Shown here: in pieces, positions 58,051 through 64,000 of the stretch
Layout: each line of letters starts with the position of its first letter
Position numbering within the stretch: the stretch's first letter is position 1
DNA from: Lama guanicoe
Lineage: Eukaryota
Direction of reading: 5' to 3'
Assembly (NCBI GenBank): GCA_013239625.1
Contig: MU053472.1
Location: forward strand, 2,887,822-2,951,821
Length of the DNA stretch: 64,000 nt
The notes under the pieces: model-generated
The model's input: only the letters and a program-made list of their open reading frames with translations
What the model was told of the DNA's origin: nothing
The model's database searches: none
Made by a program: the position numbers and the translations under genes

Positions 58051-58484
58051 TTATCCTTAATACATTCAATTATGTGATCAATTCCTCTGTATCACAAATC
58101 TCCATCACCACCACTCTTACCCCTTTCCCTACAAAAATGCCTTCAGACTCTGACACTCAACACCAAACGACCCCCATGTGAGTACCTTCCCCAATCCTTG
58201 CCCCTCTGCAAGAAAGCCACTGTCACTCAGCTTAGACGCTAATATCTCATTCTGGTCAGCTGTCCTACAGACTCCCCTCCTACCCTACTTGAGCTTAATA
58301 TCCCACTCTGAGTCACCGCAGCTCCCCGTGCACAAGTGGCAATTATGAAAAAGGTCATTGTGATTGATGCCATCATAATCACAGAACTTAAATCAAACTG
58401 TCAATCTTTAGTATTAAATAGTTCAATATTGTCATCAAATATAGCAGTATTCCTCTAGCCATCTCTCAAGCTCTTTTTGCTTAC

Positions 58485-58579
58485 CTTCGAGCTACATTTT
58501 TGAAATAACCTGCACAAAGACATCTTCGTAATACTTCGTGTTTAGGGCCTTCGAAGGTCTCTCTTGGGAAATCACTTTG
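58485..58579 (-). CDS. DHX40: DHX40 exon about 15 (95 nt, QSDFPRET...KNVARR)
   Basis: Acceptor tgatag|CAA; donor AAG|GTAAGC; contains the CLCAGYF motif typical of DEAH C-termini. Confidence 0.93.
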
Positions 58580-58659
58580 CTATCAAAAGAATATATGTAT
58601 AGTGGTAAATCCCACAGAACAATCTGAAATAATCTTTTATTTTGAAAAATCCATATTTC

Positions 58660-59220
58660 TGAAGACTTCCATTTCTGGCGAATATGGAGTAAGAGGGACC
58701 ATATTTACCTTTCTGCATGAGACAACCAAAAAAATGGACAAAACATGAAATAATGATTTCCAAAACACTATTATGTAAAGCAATAAAGGACAGCGATCCC
58801 TGGAAGTAAATGAAGTAAGCCCAACAACTGCCCCAGCTTACAGTCAACCTTGAGAGACATTCCCGACCAAGGCGCAGGAAAGGAAAAACCCAAGAGGAAT
58901 CCTGGAGAGCTCCCTGAGTTAAAGAGACAGAGCTGAGAATCCAGGAAGACCAAGATAGCCAGAGCTCGCAGGCCAGAGTTCAGGAGAGAAAAGAACTGCA
59001 CAGACAACTCCAAAGATCTGCAGAAGGGCCCCAAGTGTTCAGCTGAGGACTGATTAGCATATGAACGTGAGGAAATTACCCAAGGCCAGGAGAAGAACCT
59101 CCTAAAAGGATAAGGGAGAACAGAGCTGGGTGCTTAAACAGGGTTAGGAATGGCGGCTATTACTACAAGCCATTCTAGAACACCTTATAACACACATGGT
59201 TTTGGGTAGAGTACTCACAG
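58660..59220 (+). mobile_element. Probable old L1 5'-region fragment
   Basis: gacttccatttctggc...atggacaaaacatgaaataatgatttccaaaacact resembles L1M 5' ends. Confidence 0.5.
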
Positions 59221-59267
59221 GGTCTTGAGAAAATAATTCTCTAGGGAAAAACCAGTATAGCAATCAC

Positions 59268-59376
59268 CTGTTTAAGCTTCCTGATTAGCTCTCTAAGTTG
59301 AGCTTCAACACGAAATGCAGAAAATAAGCACCTCCAATGAATCCAATGTTTTTGGCACCACGAAGCTGGAGCTCCA
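59268..59376 (-). CDS. DHX40: DHX40 exon about 14 (109 nt, [11 protein letters not shown]...RKLKQ)
   Basis: Acceptor ttgcag|TGG; donor CAG|GTGATT; within ORF 59241..59504. Confidence 0.93.
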
Positions 59377-59903
59377 CTGCAAAGCAAAAATACTGGTGTC
59401 TTGAAAATATCTTCTATAGGGGAAGGACAGTCTAACATTCTCATTTCTATAGCAAAACTAGAAACCCATAAGCAACTATCAGCTCTCTTATGAGACCTGC
59501 CCAATTAATTAAAAAGCACTTTAAGGAATTTGGAAAAAAAACAAATTGATGTAGGTGCCCCTGAGTGAATTAAAAAATATTTTGTAAATAGGTTTCTTTT
59601 TAGACAAACATGCTTTAACAAATATCCAATCACTTTCTCATTTAAGCTATTGAAACAGAACCAAAATTCTATAAGGTCATTTTCAGGAGAGGTTTAGGAG
59701 AGAAGAAAGAAGAGAATTAATGTTACATAATAAATGATTACTAAGTCATAGTCATCTGATATAGATAAATCTCACAAATGTTCACAAAAATACCTTGAGG
59801 TCAGTATCATCCCCACAGAACCTTACTGTCTAAAGTCACATAGTATATATTGGAGCTCTATTTCAAACTTGCACTTGCCAGTACATAGAACTATCTCACA
59901 TAC

Positions 59904-60018
59904 CTTGATTTGCACTGTTCAAAGATGACAGCTAAAGTTGCAAAGTCATTAAATCCTCCAGCTTTAGCTGCCAGTTCTCGATGTCTCTGTTCTGCTTCCT
60001 TCTGGTACTCTGGATCAA
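59904..60018 (-). CDS. DHX40: DHX40 exon about 13 (115 nt, DPEYQKEA...EQCKS); numbering assumes an 18-exon model
   Basis: Acceptor ttttag|TTG; donor AAG|GTATGT; phases 1 to 2 match the next exon. Confidence 0.92.
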
Positions 60019-63000
60019 CTAAAATGGCAATTGGTGAGGCAATTTAGTTCTACTTTACATCAAGTGCGTACATTCACTTCCTTTATTCAAGCTCATTAAA
60101 ATCTGCCTCATCCTCTGGGGTGGAATAAGGGAGAAATATATTAACCCTTCTGCAGGGTATCTAATTACTCCCACGACTCCTTTCTTCTTTTAACCATTCT
60201 TGGGAGATTTTATCAGAACAGCTACATTACTTCTGCTAATCAATTCACCTTTAAAATAGTGTTTGGAATTTATTTTTTAAATTCATTTTTACCATAAGAG
60301 CAACCCATGCTCACAGAAAATATATATATACATATAATATATATATAATATATATATAATGTAAAAGCTCAAAGTTCCCCACTTTGACACATTATCTATA
60401 AAACAATCCTCTAGGCTAACAATTGTTAATTTTTTAGTGTGTGTTCTTCAAGATATTTTCTATAGATAATACAAGCATTGTGTACAGTGGTTTATTTTTA
60501 CAGAAGTGGGATATACCTTCTGAAACTTCCTTTATTTATTTAACAACAGTTTAATGCCAGTACATACAGAATTACTCATTCTCAAAAAACCTACCTTGTA
60601 TTTCTCAGGAGTATAAGAAACATAAACCTATTTAACCAGTCCCTATTTTATTCAATTTCTAATTATGGACAATTAGGACCATCATATATGCAGAACTGAA
60701 CTACTACAAACTTTTCTTTTTTAACTTTATACTGAAGTATATCATTCACACAGAAAACGACACAGACCATAAGTGTACAGCTCAGTGAATGCTCACAAAC
60801 ATTACATACCAATGTACCCAACACCCAGAACAACAAGCAGATTATCAGCATCCCAGAGCTCTCCTTTTGCTATCCTTCCAATAACTACCTGTTCCCCTCC
60901 ACAAGGACAACGATATCCTAACTTCTACCCCACAGAAAGGTATTATCTGTTTCTAACCCTTGTATAAATGCGCTTTGTGTCTGGTTTCTATTGCTTAACA
61001 TCATGTTTTTGATATTTATCTGTTACTGACTTTGACCAGATCCCACTCAGGAATGATTTGTTCTCTGATTGCTCAAGTTCCCCACATACCACTTTACCCA
61101 GGCTAATCTTTCAGAGGGCACCCCTCCACCTTTCCCCCCAACAAACTTCCCAGGGCTTCTTTCCTCTCTGTATGACATCAAACCACAATTCCTATTCCGT
61201 CAGTCTACCAATCACAACTAGATTTAGCAGAGGCGCCATGTTGCCTGATGCCAGGGAGCAGCACTTACACAGACTACACTGTGAATCTGCAAAGCAGGAG
61301 TTCCTGGTATTAGGAGGAAAGCAATCTGATTAAGCAAAACACTCATGAAGATATAAAGTCCTCCATCCCAGGCTTTAAGTGGGTTCCACCTATGTGATTT
61401 GGTAACAACTGAAGGAAACAGCTGGAGACAAAAAAAAGAGTGAATATGATTTATCATAGGTCATACAAATGACAGTACCAAGCTGAAGATATAATGCTTG
61501 AACCAGTTAGGGATACTGATTTTTAAGTCAAAACATCTAATTTCATGCACCCATCACCACTGCCTAGAAGGTATTATGCCAAAATCAAATGTACTAGATT
61601 CAAGTATCAACGCTGCCTTGGCTGCCAACATTAGGAGCCAAGCCTACCTATCAGCCAGGGGCTCCTGGATCTTTGAATTGAATTCCCTACTATAAAAATG
61701 TGGAGTGTCAGCTACCTTGGGCTGTGTATGCCTGGGCTATGTAGCCTCAGAGAAGCTTCCCATTATGGTTCAGTTCTTCCCTTCTCAGCCTCCAGGCAAC
61801 CCTAGAAATGTTCGATTTGGCTCTAATATCTGCTTTAGCAATTTACACAGATGGCTTACCATCTCTTATTGAAACGTCCAAATAACTACAATAAGTTTTA
61901 GTGGATTAAAATTCTAAACTCAGTTTATAGTTTGTGAAAATTAACTGCATGGTTAGTGTTGGATCTCTGTTGTTTAGAGTGGCTACCTGCTCACAATCTG
62001 AAAAATGCAGAAGGCACGTTGCTTTTCCGGCTGTCCTTCCCACACTGCTGTTACCTTCTCTCTGTCCCTCTCTCTCTCCCCCTTTATTCTTGAAGACAAC
62101 ATACGGAACATATTTGTGTTCCTTTTCCCTAACTATTCCCTCAAAATAATCTAATTAATTAAAATTAAAATTGGCAGAAGTCTCACAGTAAATTCAGGAT
62201 TTGTATAGGAAAATCAAAAACCATATCACACACAGTTATGACAATCTCAGTAAGTTTATCCTCTGACTACACAATATTTTGACAATCCATCTTTAATTCC
62301 TTTCCCAGTAGACTTGTCATTTTCTTTAACTTATTATCTTTCCCCAGATGAAATTCTATTATTGGTTTTACCTCAATGCAAATAGGTAGATGCTACCGAG
62401 GCAAAAACTATAAATAAGAAGCTGAAGAAGCAGAACAAGGTGTATCAGCTGAACTTCTCCCTTCGGGAGGAGAACTCAGTGCTTTTCTATCTAACAATCA
62501 ATCAGAATACAAAACTATCACACAGGAAGGGCTTTTGTAACAACAATCCTCAGAGCTGAAGCAGGGGAATAAAGCTTTACGTGTCATATACACATAAAGT
62601 ACCCCTTACTTCTCAATATCACAGTTAAAACAATTAAAAACTTTAAAACACAATGTTAGATTAATATTGTTTCATTTTAAGGCTTAAAAATATTTAAGAG
62701 CCCTCACTTCATTGTTTGACTTCTAAAGCAGTATCTATACCAAACATTGTGTACAGTTAACTAGAGCAAAAAGATTACTAAAAATGGTGACAGTATCATC
62801 ATTTCGATGTTTAAAATCTTTATTCAGTGTTAGATTTGAGAATACCAACTGGTCTTACCGATAAGTATGTAATAAACTAAATCAGGTGATCTACAATGAC
62901 TAAGACCCAAGCCAGAAAGGACTGTTTAACCTACAAAGACCATATACGCACTTTAAAGCAGCTGGAAATCCGATACACATTTTTGGGTGTAACAAGACCT

Positions 63001-63739
63001 CAGTAAATCACATGCTCAAAAACTGAAGCTGCATTTTGCAGCAGCTGAACTTCTTGATGATCTAAGTTTAAAAAGGAAGTCTAGATCATATGTGCATATA
63101 TAGCAAGAGCATCTCTCTCAGGATGAGTAAGAAACTGGCAGTGATCGCTGCCTCCAGGTATCAGACCTGGGGACGTGTTTAGGACAGGAAGACTTGCTTT
63201 TCACTTAGTTCCTTTTCTGTTTGAATTTTCAGCTACTGATGTATATTAGGAATGGTGGTATGAGGAGTTAGGTGAAGCTGCACTCTCAGAGACATCTGTT
63301 AAACTAGTCAAAATTACCAAAGATAAATATTCAAAGCTTCTGGAGATTGAATCTATGGCTTTCAGTAAGAACAGCAGGAAGCACTGCATTCAAGTAGGAA
63401 CCAGTTCCCAGCACCTCCCATTGCAAGCTTCTGCCCTATAGGGAGGGCCCAGCTGGGGCAGCCAGAGAAGACCAGACGTTCCCAATCAACCCTCAGCTCC
63501 TGCTCCACAGCACAGAGGTTCTTCCCAGGGGAGAGCAGGAACAAGTACTGTCAAAGATTGGCAATACTCTGCCCCTGCTGAGGTGCCCAACTTTTATCTA
63601 GATAGAACTATGGAGCAATTTGTGCCCCAGGGGACTTTCAAAAACAACAGAGCAATCAGATACCAATCAGTGGAGACTAACAGCTCGGTGTGATACAAAC
63701 AGAGGCAGACCAGCCAAACTTCTCTTAATTACAATTCTC

Positions 63740-63864
63740 TTTATTTTGGGGGGGGGAGTGGAATTAGTTTTATTTTTATTTATTTTAGTGGAGGTACTGG
63801 GGATTGAACCCAGGACCTTGTGCATGCTAAGCACGCACTGTACCATAGAACTAGACCCTCTCCC
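63740..63864 (-). mobile_element. tRNA-Ala-like SINE
   Basis: Plus strand ggattgaacccaggaccttgtgcatgctaagcacgc matches the other copies. Confidence 0.85.
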
Positions 63865-63869
63865 TTAAA

Positions 63870-64000
63870 ATTATTTTTATTAAAGTAGTGTTGATTTATA
63901 GTATTAGTTTCAGGTGTACAACACAGTGATGCAGTATTTTTAGATTATACTCCACTTAGAGTTACTACAAACTAATGGCTATATTTCCCTGTGCTGTACA
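63870..64000 (-). mobile_element. L1 3' end
   Basis: tattagtttcaggtgtacaacacagtgat...ggctatatttccctgtgctgtaca. Confidence 0.8.

Larger units (their letters stand above)
53460..64000 (-). other. DHX40: DHX40 gene, 3' part (last six coding exons and 3'UTR; upstream exons lie beyond the right edge)
   Basis: Spliced translation ends ...[41 protein letters not shown]...[25 protein letters not shown], the DEAH-helicase C-terminal/OB region. DHX40 lying directly upstream of CLTC matches known mammalian synteny. Confidence 0.93.

Overview
This is eutherian mammalian genomic DNA, probably a camelid, judged from the tRNA-Ala-like SINEs and the L1 3' ends. Two protein-coding genes lie in tandem on the minus strand. 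(1) The 3' end of DHX40 (DEAH-box helicase): six coding exons at 60018-54605, then a 3'UTR ending at a poly(A) signal near 53485. (2) The 5' part of CLTC (clathrin heavy chain): a CpG-island promoter at about 43.4-45.1 kb and coding exons 1-17 (44055 down to 1740, 2796 nt = 932 codons), continuing past the window's left edge. I placed all 23 exon boundaries by hand from GT/AG sites, and the reading frames join without stops. The rest is intron or intergenic DNA with SINE, L1, L2, MIR, LTR and DNA-transposon remnants; repeat boundaries and family names are approximate and assigned by eye. I found no prokaryote-style novel system (no CRISPR, operon or rRNA). The best leads are: a 3-nt SRRM4-type microexon in CLTC intron 2 that would add an Asp next to the clathrin-box groove; a candidate 36-nt poison exon in CLTC intron 14; a fossil hAT transposase upstream of the CLTC promoter; and a DHX40 poly(A) site apparently supplied by an L2 element.
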